Shown piece by piece: positions 50,490-62,000 of a DNA stretch of 64,000 bases. A model generated the notes under the pieces. That model saw only the letters and a program-made list of their open reading frames with translations, was not told the DNA's origin and made no database searches. Source of the stretch: Rebecca billardiae RCC1528 (lineage: Eukaryota; Protista; Haptophyta). The DNA lies in assembly GCA_965240325.2 (NCBI GenBank), contig OZ251251.1, positions 620,001 to 684,000 on the forward strand, in the 5' to 3' direction. Position numbers and translations under genes: made by a program. Position 1 is the stretch's first letter. Every line of letters starts with the position of its first letter.

Positions 50490-51793
50490 TATGTCACGGC
50501 GACAAACCCGTGCCCGCCAGTGGGAATCGGTGTCACGCCCCGTTCAGTGTACCTCTCACGGCCGATGGCGGCCCCGGCGTGCGTGAGGAATGCGATTCGT
50601 GCACTCCTCGGTGACCGGTGAGTGCAGGAATCCAGTTGCGGCGCTCGTCCGCCTCGTCGTCGTCGCACACGAGGTACACTGAAGAGCACGGGTCAGAAGC
50701 CAGATCTCTCTGCGCGCTCGCGCCCGCGCGGCGAGGCACTGGCAGGCTTGTTCTGGCATCATCTTGGCCAAGACTGCAGCCTGCCAGATGCGCGAGGACG
50801 CGTGTGCACGCCTTTCCCGCGTCATGGGTGCGCGTGGCACGCACCCTGTCGTCATCTACGCCGAGGAGGCCTGAGCAACCAGCCCACCAACCTGCCGTGA
50901 CCACGTTCAAATGCAGGCGGCAAGCTGCATGCGAGCGCACGCAACGGAAGCATCTCACGCTCGACAAGGAAGTGGCGGCGGAGCGAGTGTAGCTGGTATC
51001 GTTTGCAGCCCATCGGTTGTTCAACAATCCTGGTTCAACAACTGACACGGGCGCGACGCAGCCAAGGCAGAGTGCTTGCAGCTCGCAGCGCGCCCGCAAC
51101 TGCGGTTTGCCGCCGCGGCGCGGCGATCGTCACACCGCCGTGCGCTGCGAGTGACCTCTGTGTCATGGCGAAGCACCATGGCAAGGCTAAGCAGCATGCC
51201 TTGGCAACACCTTTCGCTACAGCTCAGCGCCCTAGTACGAACATGCGCCAACGACGTGCCATCCCTACTCCGCAATCGCGTCGGCACCCACCACCAGCGG
51301 GCAAGCCGCCATTTTACCCGGTTTTGGCGAATGTCGCCGTTGGGCTCTCGTAGAAATAAAACAGGCCTCTCGGAGCAGGCTCGGGCATGCACTCGATCGG
51401 CTCTGGCTGACGGCAGCGCCAAGCTGGCGGCGCGGCGCGAGGGTGCATGCGTGGCGTGGGCGGAGCTACGTCGCACACGCACCGCGCGGCGCGCGGCTCA
51501 GCGCACGGAGGCTGCCGACATCAGCCGGCGGCACGCAGGCAGGTCTGCTCGCCGCCCGTCGGGCTCGCCGGCCGCCGGGTACCAAACGTCAACCCAGGAT
51601 GCACAGCCACGCCTATTTGCGAGGACTCGAGCAATCGGGTCCGGGCGCACCTCATGTGCACGGCAGTGGAGTGGGCCACGTACGCCCCTGGTATGGTGGC
51701 GCCCCGCTGCTTTGCTGCGCTGATATGGCGAACAATGTCGGGAGGCTTAAACTTGTGATCGAGGGACTATAGTCTAAAATAGTCCGTTCAGCG

Positions 51794-51950
51794 TGACAGC
51801 AACGCGCGGTGCGCGCTGCACGATGGATGCCCTTGGAACTCGACGCGGCGGGAAGCCGCGGCAGTCAAGCAATGACAGCAACGCGCGGTGCGCGCTGCAC
51901 GATGGATGCCCTTGGGACGACGCGGCGGGAGGCCGCGGTAGTCAAGCAAT
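51794..51950. repeat. Tandem duplication of a ~78-bp unit just downstream of the RTX-like gene
   Basis: TGACAGCAACGCGCGGTGCGCGCTGCACGATGGATGCCCTTGG...AGTCAAGCAAT occurs twice in tandem. Confidence 0.9.
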
Positions 51951-51986
51951 GGCAGTGAGCGGCAGCGAGAGATCGTCGCCTCGCGC

Positions 51987-54900
51987 CTACACGGCCAGCG
52001 TGGGCGCCTCGTGTGCGGCGGCACGCGCCGAGGCCAGGCGGCGGCGGGCGGCCGTGAGCATGGCGGCCGCCACCACGAGCATACCCACGCCCAGGAGCGC
52101 AGCGGCGGCGAGCGGCGAGCGCACGCCGCCGACGGCGCGCAGGGCACGCCGGGCGCCGTGGATGACGCCAAAGCCCTCGTCGCTGGTCGTGCACTCGCCG
52201 CCCGTGAGGCAGGGCGCGAGGAAGGTGTAGGCCTGGCGCACGCTGCTGATGCGGCGGTTGATCTTGTCGGCGACGTCGGTGGCGACGGCGCGGAACGCGA
52301 CGCCCTGCGGTGACGTCTGCGCGGCACGCCACCACGCGGGCACGGCAGGCGGGCGGGTGGGGGGTCTGAGCGATCGCCGAGCGCGCGGGCCGCTCGCGCG
52401 CCGAGGGAGGGCGCTGCGCGCACCGGGAAGAGCGCGGCGACCTTGGCCACCTGGCAGCGGTAGTTGCAGAAGACGTAGTCGAGGCCCTCGTCGTACACGA
52501 GCGTGTCCTTGCCGTCGTGCCAGATGATGTCGTACTCGCCGTCCTGCGTGTTCACGTAGTCGGCGCCGAGGCCGCCCGAGACGAAGTCGAAGCCCGAGCC
52601 GCCGTAGATCTTGTCGTCGCCCAGGCCGCCTGCGTGCGCGCAGGCGCCGTCGTCGGCAGCGCGAGCGCGCGTGAGCGCGCGGGTGCGGTGCGGCGGCGCG
52701 CCAGCCGCGCGCGGCGCGGCGCGACCTGCGGCGAGGCGAGGCGCGGCGCGCATCGCGCTACGACGCGCGCACCAAAGAGGCGGCTGATGGCGCCACCGTC
52801 GTTGTCGTCGCCGCCGTAGAGCTTGTCAGCGCCGCGACCGCCGAAGAGCCAGTTGCGCGCAGCGCCGGCAGTGCCACCCGCGTCGTTGCCGCCGTGGCCG
52901 CCGTGCAGCGTGTCGTCGCCGGCGCCGCCGAGGTGGACGTTGAGTGTGTTGCCGCCATAGCCGCCGCCTGTGCCCGAGCGGGAGCCCGCGCCAGCAGAGC
53001 CGCCACCGCCCGCGGCGACTTCGTCGTCGCCGCGGCCGCCGACGACAATGTTCACAGCGTCGCCGCCGGTGGCGCCAAGGTTTGCGGTGCCACCCTTGCC
53101 GCCGCTGTAGAGGATGATGTCCTCCCCGGAGCCGCCGAAGAGGAAGTTGATGGCGTCGCCGCCAGTCGTGGCCCGCGTGCCGACCATGCCCCCGGTGGCA
53201 CCCCCGCCGTTGCCGCCGTACGCGAAGATCGAGTCGTCGCCAGCGCCTCCGGTCACCAGGCTGATTGCCGTGCCGCCGTCGCCACCGTTGGCGCCGAGTC
53301 CGGCGATGCCGCCCTCGTAGCCAATGTCGTCGGCGCCGACGCCGCCGCTGACCAGGTTGATTGCCGTCCCGCCGACGCCACCGTCCTGGCCGGCGCCAGC
53401 CCTGCCACCTCCGTAGATGAGCTTGTCGTCGCCGGTGTAGCCGCTGACCAGGTTGATCACCGTGCCGCCGTTACCGCCCTCGTACCCGTAGCCGGCGATG
53501 CCGCCCGCGTACAGGACCTTGTCGTTGCCCCGGCCGCCCTGCACGACGTTGAGCACCGAGCCGCCGATGCCAGTGTCCCGGCCGCGGCCGCCGTCGCCGC
53601 CTTCGTAGAGGATGTTGTCGATCTCGCCGCCGCCGTGGACGATGTTGATGGCGTGGCCGCCGAAGGAGCGCGGATCGTTGCCGTAGCCACCGTTGCCGCC
53701 ACCGCCCAGGATCTCGTCCGAGCCGCTGCCGCCGTTGGCCACGTTGAGGACGGAGCCGGCGATGGCGCGTCCCGCCCAGCCATTGCCGCCCGAACCGGCG
53801 GAAGGGCCCGTCAGCACCTGGTCGTCGCCGTCGCCGCCGTTGACCAAATTGAGGGCGAAGCCGCCGATGCCAGAATCCCATGCATCGCCTGCCCGACCGG
53901 CGTATTGGCCCGTCAGCACCTGGTCGTCGCCGTTGCCGCCGTTGGCCACGTTGACGACGCTGCCGCCGATGCCCGAGCGAAACCCATACCCTGCGTTGCC
54001 GGCTGCCTTATATGACGGCGTCGCCCCCAGCACTTTGTCGTCGCCATCGCCGCCATTGACAACGTTGAGCACACCGCCGCCGATGCCATTGTCCCAGCCA
54101 TCGTTTGCTGATCCGCCGCCAGTCAGCACGTCATCGTTGCCGGCGCCGCCGTTGACCACATTGGTGGCATCGCCGCCCGTACCGCTCGCATAGCCGGTGC
54201 CCCCGCCGCCGCCCTCGTAGAGGATCTTGTCGTTGCCGGCGCCGCCGTTGACCACGTTGACGGCGGAGCCGCCGATGCCGGTGTCGTAGCCATTGCCACC
54301 GGCGCCGCCGCTGTCGTCGAGGATAACGTCGTCGCCGTCGCCGCCGTTGGCCACGTTTGTAGCGTCGCCGCCCACACCGCCATCCCAGCCGGCGCCAGCT
54401 CTCCCGCCCTTTTCGAGGAGCCTGTCGTTGCCGTCGCCGCCATCGATGACGTTGAGGACTGAGCCGCCGATGCCGCCAGTATTGTAGCCATCGCCAGCTC
54501 TACTGGAGGCGGTGAGGAGCTCGTCGTCGCCGGCGCCGCCGCTCACCAGGTTGGTGGCGCTGCCGCCGACGCCGCGGTCCCAGCCGTCCCCGCCACGCAT
54601 CGCTGCATTCCCGCCGACGGTATCGTCACCGTCACCTGCGCTGATCAGGTTGACGGCGCTGCCACCCCGACCGAGAGTGTAGCCGTCGCCAGCTCGAGCG
54701 CCTTGGTTTTCGATGATGAAATCGTCGCCGTCGCCTCCGCTGATCACGTTGAGTGCATCGCCCCCGGCACCGGTCGCCCAACCGTCGCCCGCACGAGCGG
54801 CGTTGCCGTTGCCGATGGTGTCACCACCAGAGCCGCCGGAGACGACGTTGATGACGCTGCCGCCCTTACCGACTGCATAGCCAGCGCCCGCTATGCCGCC

Positions 54901-57303
54901 TTCGTTGAGGAGTGCGTCGTCGCCGGCGCCGCCGTTGACCACGTTGACAGCGTCGCCACCGACGCCCGCGTCATGGCCATCGCCCGCGTCGCCGCCACCA
55001 TCAAGAGCAGCGTCGTCGCCGGGCCCGGCGTTGATCACGTTGGTCACGCTGCCGCCACGGCCGAGGTTGTAGCCAGCGCCCGCGTCGCCGCCGTCTCCGA
55101 GGAAGGTGTCGTCGCCAGCGCCGCCGTTGACAATGTTGACAGCTTCGCCACCGACGCCGCCGTAGCTGCCGTCGCCCGCGTAGCCGCCATCGCTGAGTAC
55201 GGCATCGTCGCCGGGCCCGGCGTTGATCACGTTGGTCACGCTGCCGCCACGGCCGAGGTTGGAACCATCGCCTGCATAACCGCCCTGATCATCGAGGATA
55301 TAGTCGTCACCGCTGCCGCCGTTGATCACGTTGAGCGTGCTGCCGCCGACACCGCCGTAGCTGCCGTCGCCAGCAATGCCGCCCCCGACGCCGAGGTCGT
55401 CGCCGCCGGCGCCGCCGTTGATCACGTTGACCGCGTCGCCGCCCCGGCCAATGTTCGAGCCGTCGCCAGCCTTGGCGCCCCTCTTGGCGATCTGGTCGTC
55501 GCCGGCGCCGCCGTTGATCAAGTTGGTCACGCTGCCGCCGCGGCCGACGTTGGAGCCGTCGCCGGCAGAAAGGCCGGTTTCGCCGACTCTGTCGTCGCCC
55601 GTCAGCGCGTTGACGAGATTGACGGCGTTGCCGCCGACGCCAACATTGGAGCCAGAGCCGGCGTCGCCTCCGTTCTTGCTGACAGTGTCACCGCCGGTGC
55701 CGCTGTCAATCACGTTGACGGCGCTGCCGCCGACGCCAAAGTTGTCGCCGTCGCCCGCGTCGCCACCGTCGCCGTTGATCGTGTCGTAGCCGTCGCCGCC
55801 GAGCACAACGTTGCGCACGTGGCCACCGCGCCCGAAGTTCGCGCCATCGCCCGCGTGTGCACCTTGGGCGTTGAGGTCGTCATCCCCGAGGCCTCCGATC
55901 AAGACGTTGGTCGCATCGCCGCCGAGCCCGAGCGCCTTGCCGGCGCCGGCGTCGCCTCCTTTGTAGTTGATGCTGTCGTCACCCGCGCCGCCGAGCACGA
56001 CGTTCAGCACGCTGCCGCCCGCGTTGCCAACATTCTCGCCATCGCCGGCCCCGGCCCCGTCGTAGTTGATCCGGTCCTCGCCGTCGCCGCCGGAGATGAT
56101 GTTGAGCGCGTTGCCGCCGGTGCCGAGGGAGGACGCGTCGCCCCCGTCGCCACCATAGGTGTTGATGTCGTCGTCACCCTGGCCACCGGAGAGGACGTTG
56201 AGCACGCTGCCACCCGTGCCGCCCTGCACACCGTCGCCCGCCTCCCCGCCACCGTAGCTGAGGTAGTCGGATCCGGCGCCGCCGGCCACGATGTTCACGG
56301 CGCGGCCGCCGACAGAGTTCCAGGTGGCGTCGCCGGCATCGCCGCCGTCGTCGTTGAGGTCGTCGTCGCCCTGCCGCCCGAGAAGCACGTTGAGCACGTC
56401 GCCGCCGTGGCCGTGGAGCTGCGCGTCGCCGGCGTCGCCACCATCATCGTAGTTGACTTTGTCGTCGCCTCGCCCTCCGAAGAGGATGTTGACCGCGTCG
56501 CCGCCCGTGCCGCCGATGCCGACGCCAGCGGAGCCGCCACCGTCGTAGTTGATTTTGTCGTCGCCAGACTGGCCGCGCGCGACGTTCAGCACGCTGCCAC
56601 CCGTGCCGAGCAGGAAGCCGACGCCCGCCGACGAGGCGCCGTCGTCGTTGATCACGTCGTCGCCGCCACCGCCGTACACGGCGTTCACGACGTCCAGGCC
56701 GTCGCCGTAGAAGGCGGCCGTGCCGGCGCTGCCGCCGTCCAGCGTGTCATCGCCCTTGTCGCCGCCAACGTAGTGGTAGCGGATGGCCTTGTAGCCGTCG
56801 AGCGCAGTCGGCAGCAGGGCGGGCCTGGCGTCTGGCGCGGCCAGATCATCCGCCCCCCCCTTGCCAATGTACGTCCCGAGCCGACGCTGGTTCCTGTTGC
56901 AGCGCGAGCGCGCGCGCCACGTCGAGGGGGCGGCTGTCAGCATCCTCGCCGCGGCGGGTCGTCTCGCGAGAGCGTGGCCCCCCGCGCTCTGACCGCACGC
57001 GCGCGCGCGCATGGGGCGCACTGACGTATGACCACGCCTGCCCTGCCATGGGCTCGGCCAGACATGCGCCTCCTGATCAGCAGCACACAATCACCGTGAT
57101 GGTGCCGCATCCGCGGGCCCACTTGCCCCTCCGCGCGCCCGTGCCGCGCCTATCCCGATGCGCGCGCACTTGGCGGAAATTGGGATCTTGTCTGCGGCTG
57201 CTGGGCCACCGTGCGTGGTCGCTGGACCCGCCGCCTGGGCGGGCGCGAGTCCCGCCAAAGCTGCGGCACACAGCCACGTCGCGGCCGCGCGCGTCGGCGG
57301 CAT
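51987..57303 (-). CDS. Type-I membrane protein (~1,609 aa) with about 40 Gly-rich RTX-like (GGxGDD) repeats of ~32-34 aa; 5 exons (57303-57170, 57072-57022, 56893-52773, 52629-52424, 52304-51987)
   Basis: Signal peptide MPPTRAAATWLCAAALAGLAPAQA; repeat unit e.g. GGSVLNVVLGGAGDDSINYKGGDAGAGKALGL; canonical nonapeptides near the ends (GDKGDDTLD, GGAGDDTLH, GGRGADKLY, GGLGDDKIY); C-terminal TM LAAAALLGVGMLVVAAAML followed by RRR. Introns are frame-consistent GT-AG. Confidence 0.85.
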
Positions 57304-57836
57304 GGCTGCTCCTGCGGGCGCCGTCAAGGGCACCTCTCTGCGGGCCTCTGTTGCTCAGCGCGCAAGCGCCATCTGGAGCCGCGAGAATGGCGGGCATTAT
57401 AAGGGGCACCGGCGCGCAGCCGCGCACCAGCGCGGTGCCTCCTCTTCATATACTTTCATAGAGGTGACCATCTTTTCGTCATCATATACATTAGTAAGTC
57501 ACCATGGGGGTCGTAATACTACAGACGTCACCAAGCCAAGGGGTCATCAAGCCCCTGCTCTGCCTCGGGAGCGCGGACGAGTCCGGTGATTTCCCCCGGC
57601 GTCTAGCTGGGTGGCTGTCTGCAGACGTCATCGTATGGGGGTATTGATGCGGGCGCATAATACTTTACTGTATGGCGCGCAAGTTTACGGATCCTGTGCT
57701 CACCCAGCTTGAAGCTGGCGGCTGATGCTACTGTAAAACTTTCGGGCCACTACCATACCCCCATACTGCGTTGCCGGACGCGGACCGGGACGAGCGCAGT
57801 AGAGCGCTGACGCGCGCGCATCGCATCGTGGAGCGA

Positions 57837-58859
57837 ATGTGGCACACCTGGGTGGTCGGGCCAATTGCGCTCTTCGCATTTGCGCGCGTATCGTCGACTA
57901 CGCCCATCGACAGCGGCGCTGGAGCCGTCAGCGACGTTTTCAACGGCAACGCGTGCGGCGGTACCTACCACGACCTGTGGTGCGCACTGCCTGTGCTGCC
58001 CGATTCCCGCGCAGACCGGGCCTGGAGCAGCTACCTCTTCCGGGTGTACGGCCCGGGCGTAAAGTACCCTTTCGACCTCAAGAAGCTGCGCTGGATTTAC
58101 GCGTGTCTCGGCGAGGCCGAGGCCTGCTCCCAGGTGCCCGCGCCTGCGCCAGTGGACTGGTCGCTCGCAGACGCTCCATCGTTGCTTGAGCCGTCAGACA
58201 CTGCCCGACCGGGGCTGGCGTGGCGCTTCTCAACGGCGGCCACGGACGGCACAGCCGCCACGCAGGCGCTGCTCAATCCCTACGGCTTCTTCATCGGCCC
58301 CACGCACACGGGCTCCTTCGGCGCGCCAAGCCACTCGTGGATTGAGGTGATACGCGTGCACTCGGAACGCGAGCAGCGCCTCTTCGGCCAGATGGCGACG
58401 TGGTACTTCGCCGCGCCGGGCAGTGGGATCTGGCTCAACCTCGGACACACGGTCGTCCACGAGCACGAAGTGGCTCGGCGCCCCCCCGCCGCGACCATAC
58501 CCACCTCATGGAACGACCTGCCGGCAGCATTAAGTGATCTCCATGCGCGTTTTCAGAGTCGGCGCACGCGCTCACCAACTGAGGCTGCGCGCGAGGAGCA
58601 CGAGCAGATGCTTGGACTCGTCAAGCGCTACCTCTCGTACGGCTATGATACCTTCCAGATTCCGAGCTCGCAGGGCAATAAGGTCGACGAGATCGTCGAC
58701 CTGCGCGAGCTTGTGCAGAACACTACTGCGGGTGCCGACCAGCCGAGCGCGATGTGCCGCACGGGCAACATGCGGCGAGGCCCGAAGGCCAATCTGCCGT
58801 GCCACTGTGCTGCGTCGACGGAGCAGCTACTGCGATCGCCGGTGCTGCGGTGCGTCTGA
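57837..58859 (+). CDS. Uncharacterised secreted protein (~340 aa)
   Basis: Signal-like MWHTWVVGPIALFAFARVSS; intronless ORF with coding bias; motif WIEV..WYFAAPGSGIWLNLGHT..GYDTFQ..EIVD..C. Confidence 0.65.
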   Translation: MWHTWVVGPIALFAFARVSSTTPIDSGAGAVSDVFNGNACGGTYHDLWCALPVLPDSRADRAWSSYLFRVYGPGVKYPFDLKKLRWIYACLGEAEACSQVPAPAPVDWSLADAPSLLEPSDTARPGLAWRFSTAATDGTAATQALLNPYGFFIGPTHTGSFGAPSHSWIEVIRVHSEREQRLFGQMATWYFAAPGSGIWLNLGHTVVHEHEVARRPPAATIPTSWNDLPAALSDLHARFQSRRTRSPTEAAREEHEQMLGLVKRYLSYGYDTFQIPSSQGNKVDEIVDLRELVQNTTAGADQPSAMCRTGNMRRGPKANLPCHCAASTEQLLRSPVLRCV

Positions 58860-59027
58860 CGACCGACGCGCGCGCGGCGGTCAGGCTGTCGCCGCGCGTC
58901 CTGCGCGGCGACGCGTCTGCGGTCATATCAGTCATCGGCCGGCACATATATATTAATTATATACTTTATCGACTGCTACTTACAGTCTGCCGGATTGACC
59001 CGATGCTGCGACACTACTGTATATATG

Positions 59028-62000
59028 TGTCAAAAGCCCAAGGCAGCCATTGGCGCCATTCCCCAGCTCGAGGTTTCAATCTCAAGGCGCTGAGCAATTC
59101 TAAGCGCCACCATGCTGAGGCTTCATTCCAATTCAAAACCTTATCATCGACCTCAACTGTCGGTTTTATTCACGTCCAGTGCACCAATTCATTCATCATC
59201 ATTCATCGTGCATTTCATAATGGCCAACAAGCGTCGCGGAACAATCCAGGAATCAAAGCCTCCTGAGATGTTCTCAAGCCTTCGCAGGGCAATGCACTAT
59301 CAGATCATTCCGAGAACGTGCCTTCGCAATCAGAAGCCGAGAAGCATCTCCAAACTTTCTAATCACGAAAGTTCTGGGATGAGTCCTTCGTGAGAACCCT
59401 ACAAAAGTTTTTCTCAGCGATCTGGAGCTACACCAGCCAGCAACAAAACCGAACTGATCAGCAAAGCAGGGAGACCCCTGCGCCACCATCGCCAAAGAGC
59501 GAACCTCCGCCAGCGCACGAAGTGCCAATCATGAGCTCATGGGAGCTTCGCGGCGGACAACGTGGGAACACACCGCGCGGACGCGCGCGGTCTCACCCGA
59601 ACTCGAAGGTCGACATCCGCGAGGATTTGACCAACAACAACAACATCGTACCGGCGATGCGGGACGCACAGCGCCAATCGCACCGCACCGAATACTCTCG
59701 ACCTCCCCAGCTGTCGCAAGGCAAGTGGACGCGTACCCCGATCCACTGGCAGCGCTCATTCGAGAACCTCGACTCCCGCTTCGGACCTTCCCAGCGGATC
59801 GAGCAAGATCCCAACCGAGTCAACGGCCGCTACGGTGACGACGCCGAGCGCCGCCGAGAACCAAGGGACGTGCGCCGCAAGCGGCGCCACCACATCGAAG
59901 TACCTGAAGGCGAGTCGCGACGCCCGGAGCACTTCGGGTCACACATCCACGTGCCCCCGCAGCGGGACCCGTCCCAGCCGCTCCAGCAGCTGGACCACAA
60001 CAACCAAGCCCAGCGGCGCGCGGTCGACCGACACGCGCCGATCGAGCAGAGCGCCGCCGCGCCGCGCGCCGCGCCAACTTACTCCATGACGACCCCCAGC
60101 GCGCAGACGCAACAGGGAGGATCGCTGGAGTTCGAGCCGTCCCCATATCCCCAGCAGCGCCGCGGAGCGCGGGGATGGAGCGGGCCCTCCAAGCCCATGG
60201 CGGAATGTTGGGCGTCGCCCACGTTCCAGCCGAGCTGCGACAACCTGTCGTCGTCCACGCTCTCACCGACACCGACCGACGGCGATTTTGGGACGTCTTC
60301 CACGATGGCGGCGCGACCCGGACTCACCAGTCGCGACGACCAGCCGACAAGCTTTGTCGCAGCACCGGGGCCATCGCCGCCGGTGGGCGCGACGCCCCAC
60401 CTCTCCATCAGCAGCCTCGTCCCAGACTTCCAGGAGCTGCTCAAGGACTACCCCTTCGACACGGGGCAGATCCCCCACGATCCCGGACAGCGGATGCAGC
60501 CAGTCGAGGCGATCGCACCGGAGCTCGAGTACCTCGGCGACTCGCCGGGCGATCTGGTGAGCATCGATGAGGTCGTCGCCGCGCTCTACGAGGTGGCCCT
60601 CATGGGCATCAACGAGCCCGACCAGAAGCCGATGGACGTCGTGGAGAGCTTCTTCCACGACATGGGAGGTACGCGCAGCGCTCCGACTAACCACTCCCAC
60701 ACCATCCTGTGCTGCAGCAAGGCAGCATGGGAACAAGATGCCCGCGATCGGCATCGCATGTCCTCATTGTTGTCCACTTACCCCCTCCTGTCTGCCAGCA
60801 GCTGGTACGGTGTGAGCGAGACCTTCGACTGCATCATCCCAGAGATCCCGTCGCGCAAGAACCTGGGCAACGGCATCTACAGCAGCCAGTGGAGTGAGAT
60901 TGACACCGATGATCCAGAGTCGTGCCAGCCATGCGACAATCAGTCGTGCACATCGAGGCATTGCCTTCTTGAGTGCAACATCTGTGGGATGGGCAGAGTC
61001 TGCAGCTACCGATGCGCAGACGCCATCCAGGTTCAGCATCAGCTCGAATGTGAGCAGATCATCCAGTTTGCAGCGATGAACGATGGGATTGACATCGATG
61101 ATGATGGCATTCACGTCCACCAACAGGACGGACCCGTCGCAGCGGCTGATCGCCGCAGCCTGAGCGTCGTGAATGACGCAGGCGCCAGCCTCGATGATAT
61201 TTGCCCTTGGCGGCCATCTAAACGATGCACTATCTACTCGGGAGGCTTCATCGCAGCAGCCGCAGAGCGGCATCAAGGTCACAACTACACAGTTGGAGAC
61301 TATGTGCGGGAAAGGGACGAGCTTCACCAAAGCAAGTTTGATCTCATGTTCCATTGTAACGACGCACTCCTACAGCCAGGTGTCGCATGCTTACTGCACG
61401 ACGAGTTCTATGGGCTGACTTCTGAAGCAGGCGAGGGACACTCGCCAGCTGACGACGGTCCACCTGGACATGGCACAAACTACCCGCCTGCCGCGACTGG
61501 CGCCGACAACAGCGCACAGCAGAGCAGCGATGGGGACGAGTCCTCTACGTCGGACATTGACAGCTATACCACAGCAGAGGACCACATTGAGACAAGCTCG
61601 CCCCACGCGTCACCGCGAACGCGCAGAAATGGAAGCGAAGCTTGCACCTACTTGCCCGACGCACATGCAATGATGGCTGTGCAGACAAGCCAGCTCGGCG
61701 TCGGAAGCTACAAGCTGAATTTCTTCACAATCAAATCGAAAATGGCTATCCACGGAGCGATCAAGGACGCAGTCACCGAGGTCAAGGCTTCCTACAAGGG
61801 AAGAGCGACCGACACTACGTCGTCCATGGTCACCCTCGTCGAGGCCAGGCTCTCCGGATACGCGCTGGCCGAGGCAGCCGTGTGGACAGCCGAAAATGCT
61901 ATTCGGGAACCTTACGCAACCGCATTCGCAAACATGGACGCGGACACCACCATCATGCAGATGACGATCGTCTACGAGCGATCGGTGGAAGTACTTTTCA

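Noticed and set aside
52773-56893. CRISPR-like or DNA-level repeat array
   Set aside because: The periodicity is protein-level, with synonymous variation in one open frame; there are no identical repeats with unique spacers.
59218-59240. Primer-binding site of the copia element (TGGCCAAC...)
   Set aside because: I could not match it to a specific tRNA, and the 3' LTR is outside the window, so the LTR end is unverified.
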